A stretch of DNA of 64,000 bases, taken from contig NC_092677.1 of the NCBI RefSeq assembly GCF_964355755.1, positions 11,926,101-11,990,100 of the forward strand, read 5' to 3'. A program made the position numbers and the translations under genes. Under the pieces are notes generated by a model. It made no database searches. It was not told the DNA's origin and worked only from the letters and a program-made list of their open reading frames with translations. This DNA comes from Antedon mediterranea. Its lineage: Eukaryota; Animalia; Echinodermata. This document shows positions 1 through 15,200 of the stretch, in pieces. How positions within the stretch are numbered: the stretch's first letter is position 1; every line of letters starts with the position of its first letter.

Positions 1-1902
1 TCTGGCTCTCTACTTTTCAAGACGTATCTGCGACATTAAATTAAACTTAAACACTAACTTAATTATTTCTAACATCATCAACATAACTGCCTCCGGAATG
101 AAAACACCGGTATTATGAACGGGACTAGAATGCTTGGCTAGTTAACAAGATGATCTTATTTCATAATACTCTTCTAAGCCTTGGAGGAAAGTGAAAGAGA
201 AAGTTTACATTACAAGCTAAACTGTAACATGAAACACACTCCCAGTATAAAAGTTCATCAAACATATGGTAAAGATACTTTCAGTTAAAATAGAAATCTT
301 AAAAGTTGAAATAGGTTTGAAAATCCTAAAAAAAAAACCAGACACCTGTATTTGAGGTCTTAGAAAGCCCGCACATTGGAAACACGGCTGGTGTTTCAGG
401 TTTGTCAATGGTTACTCATAGATTCTTTTATAGTATTTTTTGTTATGTTTAATTTACTTATAACTAGATTTTGTCAATAAATAATCTTTGAAAGATCGCA
501 TTGGAAAAACAGGTGTTGTGTCCGAGGTTTGTAAATAGTTACTCATAAATTCTTTTATATTATTTTATTTTAATGTTTAATTTACATATAACTAGCTTTC
601 ATGAATAAATAAGCATTGAAAGGCTGCATTGGGGACTTGGGTTGTGTGTAAATGGTTACTCATCAATTCTTCTATATTAAGTTTTTTATGTTTAATTTAC
701 TTATACTACCGTTCATATATATATATATAAATAATTTATTAATCCAGTGTAAGAGGATAGATGACGAAAATTGTAAAAATCATATGTTTATCATTTTATA
801 GGTGGTAATATTATATAATTTGATGTGTATAATATTGATACCGAAATATCTAAAGTAAGTACATAAACTGTTCTCAGAAATGAATGTATGTGATTGTATG
901 GCCATGAACAAAACTACATGTAAATTTGATATCAGCACCTGCTATCATTCAACCCACTCTTTCCTGCTATTCTATTCTATATCAATATAAAAATGTATAT
1001 TTAAACATTGTTTTAAAAAGTAGTTTTCAAAAAACAGTAAAAAAAATAACTGGGGAACGGAAAAGGAGACCAAGCTAATGAAATTGGCGTTTTTTGCATT
1101 CACTTTTTGTGAACATTTTGATGGTAGTTGACAGCAAACCATTTTTGTGCATATAAAAACATAGAATTCATCTTGGACCACATAATTGTACCATATTTTA
1201 AATATTTAAAAACATATTTTTAAAATTGTTAAAGAAAGAAAACGATAGTTCCAAGACATTGACATTTTAATATTGCAAAAATTAAATGTACTACGGAGAT
1301 AAAACAGGGTCAATACCCTCAACCAAAAATTACATCTTTCAATTGCTTTATACTTCAATGGGTGATTTGAAAATGAATTAATGATTGATAGGTTGACTGA
1401 CTGACAGAATCTATTAAATAATTTCTTATAAAAGATTGTCAAACATCCAAATATGTGTCATTAGTAGCCTATTTTACATTCTATGTTGGTGATTTAAAAG
1501 CAAGTGTAGTGTACTGTAGATTCTTATGTAGTTGTAGACTTCCTAAATCATTCTTATTCTCTATTATGGTATTTATCAGTTTATCAGTTAGCTATGTTGG
1601 TAGTAATAAAAGTTACTATAGTATTATACTATCACTACAGTTAGCCATTTTTAGCCCAAGATTCGTGGCTTCCATAACAAGGTGTTTGAACTGGTAGGGT
1701 TGTTCAGCTCATTGATTAATGACAGGGGCTGAAATGGACCATAACTCTTTTCGAAAATGCACTCGGTTTTTTAAAGCGCACACAGGCAGAAGTGTACAAG
1801 GGACAGTGGAACAAGACACGACTTGTTCTACAGTACCACCAACAATATGGCATTGAACCTATGCTGATATTATGGCTTGGTCACTCAATATAGTATCCCT
1901 AA

Positions 1903-2124
1903 GGTCCTGTTTCTGCTGCAAAAAATAACTGGTTAATAATTATTCTTTGGAGCAGAAACACGACAAATTTTTCAGTGTTAGAACTCCTGTTAACTGGTTA
2001 TTGCTGTGCAACTTTCAGTTGCAACGAAAAATAATGGTTGTTTGATTAACAGCCGCTGAAATTGTATTTTAAATCTATTCTGAAATAAACGGTCTATTCG
2101 ACGCTATGCAGCAGAAACAGACCC
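1903..2124. mobile_element. Harbinger-type MITE
   Basis: GGTCCTGTTTCTGCTGCA ... TGCAGCAGAAACAGACCC, flanked by TAA. Confidence 0.65.
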
Positions 2125-3266
2125 TAAAGACACTCTTCTGATGTAATGGATCTGTTTGACATCAAAATATGTTATGCCTATAGAGTCATTTTGCCAAAGA
2201 AATTGTTCCACAACAAATTCCAAATATCTTTTTTACTGATTTTTATACCGATTGTTCTATAAAAAATTAGGAAATAAAGGAAGGGTTTTGATGAGTCAAT
2301 AGGTCAGTGGGGGAAAAGGCGAGAGATTAAACAGAGACAAATTGGAGACATAACAACATGTAAAGGTTTACATAGCATACAACTGTTTCTTGTCCTACAA
2401 TTCAGTAGGTTAGGGAGTTCTTTTCCCCTGAAGGCTCAGCCATTGGATGTCCATTGAGACAGCTAATGCATTCGTCATGAAAATGAAAGTAATAAAGTTG
2501 TATTACAATTTCAAGACAGAGATAAAAGACTACAGATGCTGAATGTTGCTATATAACATACTGGGTAACCTATTTGAAAGTTATACTAATATCTAAATTT
2601 GTTTCTACAATCAAACATTTTTTGGGCTAGTAGCAAAATGGCAAGTAGGCTAGTAATCTACAGCTCACTTGTCCAGATTGAATACTGCAGCCTAAACATA
2701 TCCTGTAAACTCACTGCAATAGGCTAAAAAAAAGTAGGAAAATGATTTAAATCTAAATATAAAATGACTAAATTCGGCTAGACATTCAATAGGTTACATA
2801 TGTTTTTGATCAAATTATACTTCACATCAAATTTGCAAATATGGCTATTCTTGGCAACCAGCTTTACAAACTTTATATAAATTATTCCCATTTGAGATAA
2901 ATTTATATTTACATAAACCATTTGTTAAACTTAATTTAACCATGAAAATTAAAATCAAATTAATATCTATATTAAATTTCCTAAATGAGGTAAAATAAGA
3001 CAAATTGGGAAACAATTTATTACCGTAATTATCTAAAATTAGGTTGTAGGAAAAAATGTTTTTTTCTACTTTTAAATTTAGAATATGCACACAGCAGGAG
3101 CAAATCTTTAAACTGAGGAGAACTAACATATAATATTCATAATAATTTCATAATAATCATAATTCCATTTTATCAGTAAAAAGGTGGAGGAGGGGGAGTG
3201 TGTGACCCTGTCACTTCTCTCTGGATTCACCCCTGGTACCCTTATCTTATCCAAATTTTGCCTTAC

Positions 3267-6200
3267 CCTGGCATGTCCTGCCGTCTGAGGCTAGTTGAAA
3301 TCCATAACCACATGAGCAGAAGTAGCTGCCTTCTGTATTCAGACAAGTTCCAGTGCATCCTCCTTTACCCACAGTCGCACATTCATCAATATCTAAGGAA
3401 AAACAGAGTAATTCCTCTAGTTATTATTATTTATTCAGGAAAGAAAAGTTTAATACAAAGCAAAACAAAATGAACATGAATATAAATATATAATTTTTTT
3501 TTTGAAGTATCTATTGATTAAAATAAATTCAGAACAATTAAAACATGCATGTCATTAAATCAATAAAGAATCTAGTACATATTTTGAAACATGAAGGGGG
3601 ATTACCCTGGTGTACAAGTTCATATCAAGTCTCTGTCACATACTGCATAGCGAGAGATGGGTGTATTTTCCCAAGATTTACTACCTATTACGAAGCACCC
3701 TATACAATGACCCCACTTGGTAACAAGACCAAAAAACATAAACATTTATTGGTCTTACCCTTGAGAAAGAACCCAATAAAACGTATGGTGAAACCTACCA
3801 ACACATCTTGATCCTTGATTGGTGAACCCCTGTCCGCATGAGCAACTAAATGAGCCAATAGTATTCACACATCTTCCTGAGCAACGATTGCCTTGCTCGC
3901 ATTCATTAATATCTATTAGTAAAATAACAAAAAGAGATACAAATTAGGTAAAATCCTAAAGCTCTGTCTACACTATCAAATTTTATGGGACAAAAAAATG
4001 TGATCTGCCCATGGACATGACAATGTCATATCACTACCATATTTAGAAATATCACTACCATATTTGGGCACATCACACTTTTTTGTCAAACTAGTTTGAT
4101 AGATAGAGCTTTAGAAACTCGGTGCAACACTATCATATAATAAGACTCTGATATCCCAACCACTACAAAGTTTAGATGAAGACTCTACCTGCACATGTGC
4201 TTCCATCTTCCATTAGCTGAAACCCAGTGCGACATAGACACTGAAAACTACCGTGTGTATTCCTACAGTTGTGATGACATGGTGGTTGTTGGCCATTGGT
4301 ATTCTGGCACTCATCAATATCTTGAATAAATAAATATTAAAACATAAATACTGTATATCCTATAGAATCTCCCCCTCTAGAACACAAAATTAGGCCGACT
4401 TTGTGGGGTGGGACATATACCTGATGAAACTCTCTGGTTCAGAAAAAAAAATAATTGGTATAAGTATTTCTTGTAAAACTCATCTGAACTGGCTAGAGAG
4501 AGGACTACATCCAGACCAACAGTCAATACTGGGACTATATATAAATAAACATATTTTATAGTTCTAGTTTCTTAATAACTTTATGAAATTTCAAAATCAA
4601 CAAGTTTTGTTATTATTTTGTTATTTCCATAATTCATTAAAATGTTCAGGTACAGTATTAACATGTAGGTAAACAAAAATAGTAACTCTGGACAGTTTAA
4701 ACTTTCTCTATGCTTGTAAATTCATATGGTATGCAGTAATAAACATCAAATTTCAGTAAAAAATATGTGAAATTTCATTTTGAACAAGTTGTGCCGGTTT
4801 AGCTGTGACTGTTAGCAGACGGAAGTTTGAGGCAAGATAACAACACTAACTGGGGATTAACATCTGTCTCACAAGTCTTTTCAAATTATTCATCTTTAAA
4901 TCCAAAAGACTAATTTCAATCTCGTCTGTCTGACATTCCATGTGTGTATCATGTTTATAATAATTTGAATCCAAAGGCAAATTACTATTAAAAAAAATGA
5001 CAATGCTGTGAGTATCAGTGGCTGAATGTCAATGGTAGAACAGTACAAATAAAATAAACACTGAAAAAATAAAAATGCTGTGGGTACAAGGTATCTGTGG
5101 CTGGATGTCAATGGTAGTACAAATAAAATAAGCACTGAAAAAATGACAATGTTGAGGGTATCAGTGGCTGGATGTTAATGGTAATACAAATAAAATAAGC
5201 ACTGAAAAAATGACAATGTTGAGGGTATCTGTGGCTGGATGTCAATGGTAGTACAAATAAAATAAGCACTGAAAAAATGACAATGTTGAGGGTATCAGTG
5301 GCTGGATGTTAATGGTAGTACAAATAAAATAAGCACTGAAAAAATGACAATGTTGAGGGTATCAGTGGCTGGATGTTAATGGTAATACAAATAAAATAAG
5401 CACTGAAAAAATGACAATGTTGAGGGTATCTGTGGCTGGATGTCAATGGTAGTACAAATAAAATAAGCACTGAAAAAATGACAATGTTGAGGGTATCAGT
5501 GGCTGGATGTTAATGGTAATACTAATAAAATAAGTACTGAAAAAATGACAATACTGTGGGTATCAGTGGCTGGATGTCAATGGTAGTACAAATAAAATAA
5601 GCACTGAAAAAATGACAATGCTGTGAGTATTAGTGGCTGGATGTCAATGGTAGTACAAATAAAATAAGCACTGAAAAAATGACAATGCTGTGAGTATTAG
5701 TGGCTGGATCTCAATGGTAGTACAAATAAAATAAGCACTGAAAAAATGACAATACTGTGGGTATCAGTGGCTGGATGTCAATGGTAGTACAAATAAAATA
5801 AGCATTGAAAAAATGACAATGCTGTGAGTATTAGTGGCTGGATCTCAATGGTAGTACAAATAAAATAAGCACTGAAAAAATGACAATACTGTGGGTATCA
5901 GTGGCTGGAGATGTCAATGTAGATACAAATAAAATAAGCAAAAAGCCTAAATCAAAATGGTAAAGTAAAACAGTCTGAAAGAAAGTGCCAAGCTCTCGGA
6001 ATAACACTAATGCTTACATTACAATAATTACTTGTAATATTTTTTAAATATACAATATTGTTAAAGGGTTTGCATGGTTAATAAACACTAGTAAAGTCGG
6101 GTTTGTGGTACACCATGTGTTTGTTAAATAGGAAGTAAAGTGTGGTTGAGAAGTCTCGACGTTTCGGTTGTTAATGTACGATACAACCATTTCTTGAGTG

Positions 6201-9200
6201 TTATTGGAAACACACGGTGTACCGCAAACCCGACTTTACTTTATCATATAACAAATTCAAGTTTAACAGTTTAAGCTGTTTCTATCATTCTTGTTTGTCT
6301 GACACTCCACATATCTATAACATGTTTTTAAATATTTTTTTTGAATTTATATTAAATATTTCAAGTAAAGAGCGTTAAAGTTGTAAAGTTTGTCTAAAAT
6401 TTAGCAGAAAGATCTAGAGGAACATTTTTATGTTTGATTTGTAAGAATGTGAAAGTTAGCAAAATAATTTAAATCATTCAAATCTAGTTTTATCTGCTGC
6501 ATCCAACATAGAAACAGGATGTAATCAATACGAAAATATTATACATTTCTAGATTATTTATAGTGAAAAGAAAAACACATAGCAAAATGTTATGTGAGTA
6601 GATATGTAGGCCTAGTCATGGGACCCAGGGGGTATGTAAACTTAGCAGGGAGGGGTAAACAGTTATAAAAGGAAGATGCATATATTAGAATAATTTGATA
6701 TATGAAGTTGGATGATTATGTTTTGCTTTGGAGACCCACTTGATAGTTTGATTTAGTTCGCTGTTGGGAATCCTGTCTCTCTCTATTGTTTGTTATTTTT
6801 TGTTATAAGTATGTGAGACGAAATAAATGAAATGAAATGAAATGGGACATTCATTGCATATAAAATGTTAACATAAAAAATAATAAGTTTATCAATAATA
6901 TTTATAAAATTCCTTTAGTTCTAAAATGTATAATTTTATTGTTTTTGATGTTTAATGAATAAATAAATAAATCTACAATATATTTTTTTTTTAAACATTC
7001 AGGCAAGACATTAATTAAATAGTAAGGATTAAATTGCTGTAGTCAGAATATAGCCAGGATGGAAACAAATGCATTTCATTTATTGACCATGTAATAAATT
7101 ACCATTCCCTAACATATAGAGTAACATAGTATTTACATGAACATTCTAGAATTAGATGTTTTGATTTAAGAAACCATGTATAATTAATAAGAACAATCAA
7201 GAACATTCCAGAAGTGCTATTAATAGAAACTATAATCATAATGAGAAGTATAAGGAATGATCTAGAAGGTTATGAACTTATTGTATATAAGGAGAAGTAT
7301 GACAATTGTAAGTGGGAGAAGGATTTTGATTGAAGCATTTATTTTGAAGAAGGTTGTTGGATTAGAGGTTGGATGTTATATTGTAAAGTCATTGTGAAGC
7401 TGTTGTTTAAAGTGCTTACTGGATTGTTAAAAGTTGAAGTTGATTGAAATTAAAGCTTTGTTTTTGAGTTATTTTACAACTTTGTGGATTTTGTGTGTAT
7501 ACTTTTATGTCACAAGGGAGTTCCTAAAGTATTTTCAACCGCTCGGAAACATACGTAAGAGGAGTTCGTGACAACCAATAAACAATGCGGGTAAAACTAA
7601 AAGTAAAAAAATGTGTTACAAAATAGGGAGATGAACAAGGACTGATAAAGTAAACAAGACTACTATCGTTTTTAGGGTCCCATATGTTGAATTCTTTGTT
7701 CATCCATTGCCCTAGATAGAAAAAGATCAAATGTACTATTATGTTAGCCCTACATGGGTGAGATAGCAGGTTGCAGTATGTTCTCATAAGTCAGTTTTCT
7801 ATTGTTAATGGTAGAAATTTATTATTTTCAGTATTAAACAGGCAGGAAGGCTATTTTTAGTTATACGACTATAATTCCTTTTTTTTTCAAATAACAATTT
7901 CAAGAAAAGCAAATATGTCTGATAAGGTATCGTTGAGCTGCCAGGCAACAATTAAAAAACTGATGCCTTTGGTTTAATAACAATTTAAATATAAATCTGT
8001 CAGTGACAGATAGTCCTATGTTAAAGCCTTAGACTCTATAAATACCAACACAAGCAGACAAAACATATCTTTAAATCCCATCTAATTCACAGTAGACCTA
8101 TTAGCATCTAAATTCCTGACGCCTTTGGCATAAGAGTAAGCATATAGGGCTTGTACTTAGTAATCTTTTAAATATATTTTGCTACTTTTTAAGAACAGAA
8201 TTGATATTGTAGCTTGTGTGTGTGTGATTACCAATTTGTGACTCCAACAAAATAATAATAAAAACATTTATATTTTAGTTAAAAATAAATTTTTCAACAA
8301 TTTTTTGTCTTCTTTATTAAACAAAAACAACTCATAGGTGGTATAAGTGCGCTTAGGATGTTAGACTGAAAAGACGGTAGTTTAGCAGACTGTGACGGTT
8401 ACATAGCACATATGGAATACACGTTCCACTCGTCATGGTCTTTACCATGTCTTCGTCTACCACCCAAAAAAACGAAATCTCGTAAGTAGATAACTGGAAG
8501 GAGCTTGTGATACAAATAACACTCCGGGGAAACTTCAGAAAAATGTTAATCAATTGCTATGTTTGCTGCTATGTTGAAAAAAAATATCTGATAATAAATT
8601 TCACACATGTACGTTAATCTTTATCATGTACTTATGCTTCAACTTTTATGAAGAGATACACTATGACAGCATATCAAAATTAATTATATTTTTCAGTCTG
8701 AAAAGTTTTTAATTTAACATAGACTTTAATATAATCATTTTCAGTCTAAGAAATTAGAAATGACATAATTTATATCATTGAAAATAAAAACGTCAATCAA
8801 AATTAGCTTCCAATTTAAATGAATCTTTCTCTTTCGCTTCCTGGGGAGGGAGAAGATGTTGAAATGTGAAATTTATTTCTGAGATAAGCTGTCGGAAATG
8901 AGTCTTCAGTAAGTCACAGGCTACATATTTTGGTTAGGGTTTTTTTGTATCACTTTTTTTTCTAATATTAAAATTCAAATTTGTTATAAATCATTAAAAA
9001 AAACATACAAACAAAAAAGAAGTTAAAAATTTTTCCAGAAAAAAATATTTAATATGAGAAATTTTATTTATAAAAAAAATTATTATGAAGTATTACAAAC
9101 AAGATGTCGTAAATGAGCCTTCAGTAAGTCACCAATGTACATATTCTGGTTGGTTTTTTTTTAAATATCACTTTGATTTCTAATATTAAAATTTTAATTT

Positions 9201-12200
9201 GTTGTAAATCACAAAATAAATACAAACAAAAAAAAGGAAGTTTAAAATTTCGGATTCCAGAAAAAAATATTTAATATGAGAAATTTTATTTATAAAAAAG
9301 TAAGTATTATAAACAAAAATAAAAATGTTATGCAATTGTCCATAATTTGATTATTTGTGATAACCTTATTGCTACATTTCCTATTTCCAAATGCTCCCTC
9401 GTTTTAACAAAGCTGAAATAATGAAGGAAATTAATTTATACCTGTAAGGCTCATTTGTTTACGCTAAAATATTTTTTCTTTAAAAAAATCCTCTACAGAA
9501 AGTAAATAATAAAAACGATATTCTAGATTTATTATGGAGTGGCTAATGTTGTGAAACCTAAAGAGCTGTACATATTATTACTCCAGCAATTTTTAGGAGC
9601 GAACAGAAAATGTACAGAAAAATACTCCCATAATGCAGCTAGTAATCAGAGCAAAGTGGTGTCTTGACCTTACCAGGTACCCATTTGTACCCCTGGGTGG
9701 AGAGAGGCAACAAAACTAAAGTGTCTTGCCCAAGGATACAAAAGCATTGGGACGAGCATTGGATTGGAACCCACGATATGATGATCAATGTTCTAACGTT
9801 CAACACACTGCATGCACCACACACCCTCACATCCTGTTAACATGTATAAACATTTTTTGGCCTAAAATGATATATATCAAATAATTTACCAATGCATGAT
9901 TTTCCATTAGGATGAAGATAGAATCCAGGCCTGCATTGGCAACGGTAGCTACCAACTGTATTCGTACAAATGTGATGACATAATCGAAAATCATTGCGTG
10001 AACATTCATTCTCATCTACAAAATTTAAAAAAAAATCATTAATATTATATGATACATGGATACCAAAATGTTGCATAGAGAATACATACATACATCTTTT
10101 TTTGTATGAACTGTTTGGACACATTTTATTTTGATGTTTAGATTTAAGCCTAGACTCCCTTCCCACCCTTTATATGATTATATTTAGGCGTTTGGTTTAA
10201 TACATTTAGGTTGGCCCAAAACATTTTTTTAACCAGATGTGGGCCACTTAAAAAAAAAAAATGGAAATGGTGCCTTTGGTTTCTATAATATAAAATAAAT
10301 ATTTTTGGTTGGGAGATTTTTCACGCTGCTGCTCTAGCCCGCTACGTCCCATTAGAACTACTCAATCAGAAGCTAAAGCAAGCAGCAGTTATAGTTCTAA
10401 GGACGACAGTTTTGCGAAAATGGAAACTTCACTACTATTTAATCCAGCTGCTACAGTAGACCCAAAAAACGTCTGGGAAAAGAGTCTATTAGGACATGTC
10501 ATGCTAAAATTACAAATCCAAAGCATTTCTGGTATATTCACTGTCAGATATTCATTGAATTATTATCGAAACAGTCCATTAAAGTTTGTGTTTGTAATAG
10601 GATACTTCACACTTGAAATATCTAGGGTGCTGAAGTTACCCCCAGACTTGACCTTAGCAATAAAATTAACTAAAGTGACAGAAATTGAGTATTCACTTCT
10701 GTAACAAAAAAATAATATTTATTCACATATAAAAAGAGAAAAGAAACCCAAAAACCATTGTCTGACAGACAATTTAAGTATTTGTTGCTTTAAATTACAT
10801 TTTTTTCAGGTAAAATAACTACCGTATATTTCGGTGTATAAGTCGCACTTTTGACACGCAAATTTGACCTCTAAATTAAGGGTGCGTCTTATACACCGAA
10901 CATAAATGCCTCACCACACAGATTGTACATAGGCCTAGGTAGGCTATCGTCACCTCGTTTGCTAGGCCTAGCTACAGTAACTAACTAACGTAACGGCAAC
11001 CTGCTTCTGCCTAGGCCTAGTTTTCAAGTCATTTTAGCATGATGTTATACTAAATATGATGAAAAGATTTGTTCATTATGGCGCTCCGATAAAATTTCAT
11101 TTGTAAACGTTTACGTCGTACGATTGGAATAGTATTTATTTATACAGAGTTATACGCACGATCGCCGTACCCCAAGCGCAAGCCCTTCTTTTGGTGGCAC
11201 ATGGTGTACGGTATTCGACTAGTATATTCTCCAGGTGATTATAGCATGGACCTAGCGTACACACTTCTCGGATACATAGATACTAATCGAATACGATTGT
11301 CCGTGAAAACGTGCGCCCTCTCGAAATGATCGAGCGAGGCTAGCCCACACACGTGCGTGTTACACACACGGTCGTGTTACACACACGGTCATGAACTCGA
11401 TGTTGCGGCGAAACTCATGAATAACAAGTTAGAAAGAACTTGTTGAGGCTGGGCGCGGTCGAGCCTAGGTAAGAAAAAACCTAAATAAAGGACGCCGTTG
11501 TAGATATAACAAAATATATTATTACAATAATATTGATTACAATTTAAAAAAACATTGTTTTGATGAAATATAAGGTGCGTCTTATACATCGACGATATAA
11601 AAAATACCGATATTTTACTCTCAGTTGGGGGTGCGTCTTATACACAGGTGCGACTTATACACCGAAATATACGGTATTATGTGACAATAAAATGATGACA
11701 CATTCAAAAACATTTGAAATAAAAAATATTTTTCAATAAGCGAGCAGCGTTTTTTGTAAGAAATATTTCTTGTTATATTATGGATGTCAATTGTAGACTT
11801 TAAATTTTGTCAGTTTTATTTTTATATTGAAGGTTTTCTTATAACCTAGAATTATTTGAATATTGTAGCCTTGGTGTCAGGAAACAACTAATAATAAGCA
11901 TGACACAATTAAGCTATTATAGCAAAATGATCACCAAACTTGATTAAAATAAGCATTTGTTTCAAAGAACTGACATATCAATAAAATATCTAAAAATAGC
12001 TGTTATATAATTCTAAAAATAAATATACCATATTATATTATTTATATTATATGTTGCCATAATTCTTTTAAACATTTTGCTAGGCCTACAGTAAGTTAAT
12101 AATATAACTACTCTAATTATAAGAATTATTTACATTAATTAACATTAACCAACCTCAGCCCTTTCTGTATTTACGATTTTAGTATTTAAAGATGTTAGAT

Positions 12201-15200
12201 GCGTCTAAGTATTTAGGATTAGGCGAGTGTGGTAATATCGTGTATAGCATTGCGTGTGTTACTGTTTGTGTGTGGTATTTAGTAGGACCCATATAATCTG
12301 TTTGATAATCTTACCAACACACTTCTGTTTGTCCGATGACAACACAAAGCCTTTCCTACATTCACATTTATATCCACCTTCCGCGTTGACACAATCATGT
12401 TCACAGTTGGAACTACCACATTCATCCACATCTGAAAGAAAAAATATAAACATCCATTTTTAGATCTAAACTCAGCAAATCGGACAAAACTTAAACTGTA
12501 AACAGAATTAATGTATACATATTTCATTGACTGCTCTATACTTTAACTAATCAATTCAATGCATCCATCTTGAATCATTGTCGAGGGGGTAAGCTGGGAA
12601 GTTAAGTCAAAAGGAGTGGAGTTATGGCTTTGTGGTTATGATGCTTGGCTACCAATTCAAGGGTCCTGGGTTCAAGCCCTGTCATAGTTCAGGATATTTT
12701 CTAATGACAAATTACAACTTCACTCCCAAGGCTTTATTTATGTAGAGCATCTTGTGTATGTTTGTCTTGTGAACAGGATTGCACCTTTAAGAAGGATAGT
12801 GAATGAATTTGCTTATGGTTATCTTTGGCAATTTGCGTAAATATATAATAAAAATAAAAAAATAAAAATAAAAAAAGGCAGAATTAGTACTAATTTTATG
12901 TAAAATAAAATCATAATAAAATTAGATTACTTTTATAAATGCTTTGATAAAACAACTTTCTCATCCTATGCAAATATTAATACCTATGATATACAATAAA
13001 TTGAAACCAAGTACAAGATATAGACAATTGGATGATTCCATTTCTGTTCTGCTGATAAAAAAAATGGTTTTGTAAAAAAATATCTCCAGTTGTTTGTGAG
13101 TAAGATACACCTGTCCTTTTGAGGGTGACTCATGGTAAAGTGGAGGGGCATTTCCTTAACATGCCAACTACAAGTTTTTTTTTTTGGACAATGTTTTTTC
13201 TCATAAACCTTCTGTGCCACTTATTATATTAATGCTAAAACCAAACTGTATATCAGTACTTAAGACTCCTAGTAGTACCATATAAAGCAATTATGAAAAT
13301 GTTGTGAAAAGAAGGGCAACATGAATTCAGAATATTCCCAATTTCAAAAAACTTATCAATTGAAATAGCATTTCAAATACGCTGTACCTAATTTGACTCT
13401 TTCAGCTAACATTAGCTCAAATGTTTTTAAAATGCTATTTTATTATGGTTGATGAATATTTAATTTACATACCAGATGTAAAGTAAATGGGGGTTGCATT
13501 TTAAATAGAAAAAAAAGATAAATCTACGGTAATGATATTTTTCATTAAAAAAACTGTTTCATACTTTTCAGAAATTATAATACCCAATTTTAAAACTTTA
13601 TTAATTGAAATATACTTTTCAAATATGCTGCACCTAATTTGACATTCAGTTAACATTAGCTCAAAATGTTTTATAAAAAAAATGCTACTTTTTTATTATG
13701 GTTTATGAATTTGATTTACACACCAGATGTAAAGTAAATAGGGGTTGCAGTTTAAACTGGTCCCACCTAAATCATGAATACCTGAGAGGGTACTATAAAG
13801 CCAGCTGATTACCTGTGAATTATTACCTAATGCTAGTGTAATTGACATGGGAATTTTGATATTCCATAAAAGTATTTTTAGAAAGGTGGATAGTTGAAAG
13901 GAACAAGATAGGCAAATGGAAAGAATGGATAGATAGATAAATAGATAAATGAATAGGACAATAGATCAGGAAAAAATTCACTGAGAGCAAACTAGTAAAT
14001 TGCTAGTAGATTTTTATCTAGTTCGAAATACAACATATATATACAATATCCTATTGTATAATCCCACCACTAGAACACAAAATTCGGCCAACTTTGGGGT
14101 GGGACTATATACAATACCCTGGTTCAGAAAAAAAGATTGGTAAGCATTTTTTGTAAAAAGTCATCTGAACTAGCCTGAAGAGGCCTACATCCAGACCAAA
14201 AGTCAATACTGGGACTAATACCCAGGGATATATGCCTGTTTGTGAAATCAGACATAAAGTAGGGGTGGGATTAGATCAGAAGTGGGATTATACCTGAGGA
14301 TATACAGAATATGTAATAATATAATACAATAATATTAATATCTTAACTAAATGTTTTGGAGGTTGTTTGTGTCGCAATGGTATAGACTTGATTTGCAAAT
14401 TCTTTAAAATCAAATTCAACTTTTTTCTGCTACTCTAAATGTTTTTCCCAAAAGTTTTCTAGTGGATAAAAAATAACCCTGACACTGTAGATGGAAAAAG
14501 GGATAACTAAAAGAAAGAACAGATGAAGCAATAGATAGATGGATACATAAATGGAATGCATAGACATGTCACACAGATGACATGCATCTTTAAGTTAATT
14601 TTACATAATAGAATATGGTAATAGCATTAGCTCTATATCAAATGAATGGACACATTTTTGACAACTATGTTTTAATGTGACACACGACTAGAACCCTGTG
14701 TACATGTTCAAAGTTTATTCACCCAGTCATGACCCCTTCTTGTTGTCAGTTACAAAGTAAAAGTTGTATTTTACAATCACATTTTTTGACTGGCAACTCA
14801 CATCTTCCGAGTTCTTCTGACAATAATTTGACTCGATTAAAGCATGGAGGTTTCCTCCATGATTAAAGTTACTCTGGTTCATATTGTATCTTTGCATAAT
14901 GTATCTATGCACACTTGAATAGTTGCGGTAAGGTACCTACGTCCTACTTTTTTAGGATATGCTTATCAATTCATTTAATTCATGCAGTGACTTCAATTTT
15001 AGCACTTCCACATGATGATTTCCTTCATTATGGTAATGATACCCTTAAGGAGATGACACCAATAACAACAACCAACACAGCTCAATAATGAACTACAGTA
15101 GAATCTCGATTAAAGAGGAGACCCCTTTGGGACCCAACAAAGAAATGTCCTGCAGGAGGAGTTATATTATAAGTTAGTTGTTTTGGAACCTTGATTAAAT

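Noticed and set aside
1709-1827. Possible terminal VWCE exon (EQVVSCSTVPCTLLPVC...*)
   Set aside because: Weak polypyrimidine tract and no vWC or EGF consensus; cannot be supported without transcripts.
4995-5940. Possible CRISPR-like array
   Set aside because: Units are contiguous and near-identical with no unique spacers, there are no cas genes, and it lies in a eukaryotic intron; it is a minisatellite.
10309-10704. 131-aa ORF sharing its C-terminus with ORF 25723-26139
   Set aside because: The shared sequence reflects the dispersed repeat; N-terminal frames differ and no domain is recognisable.
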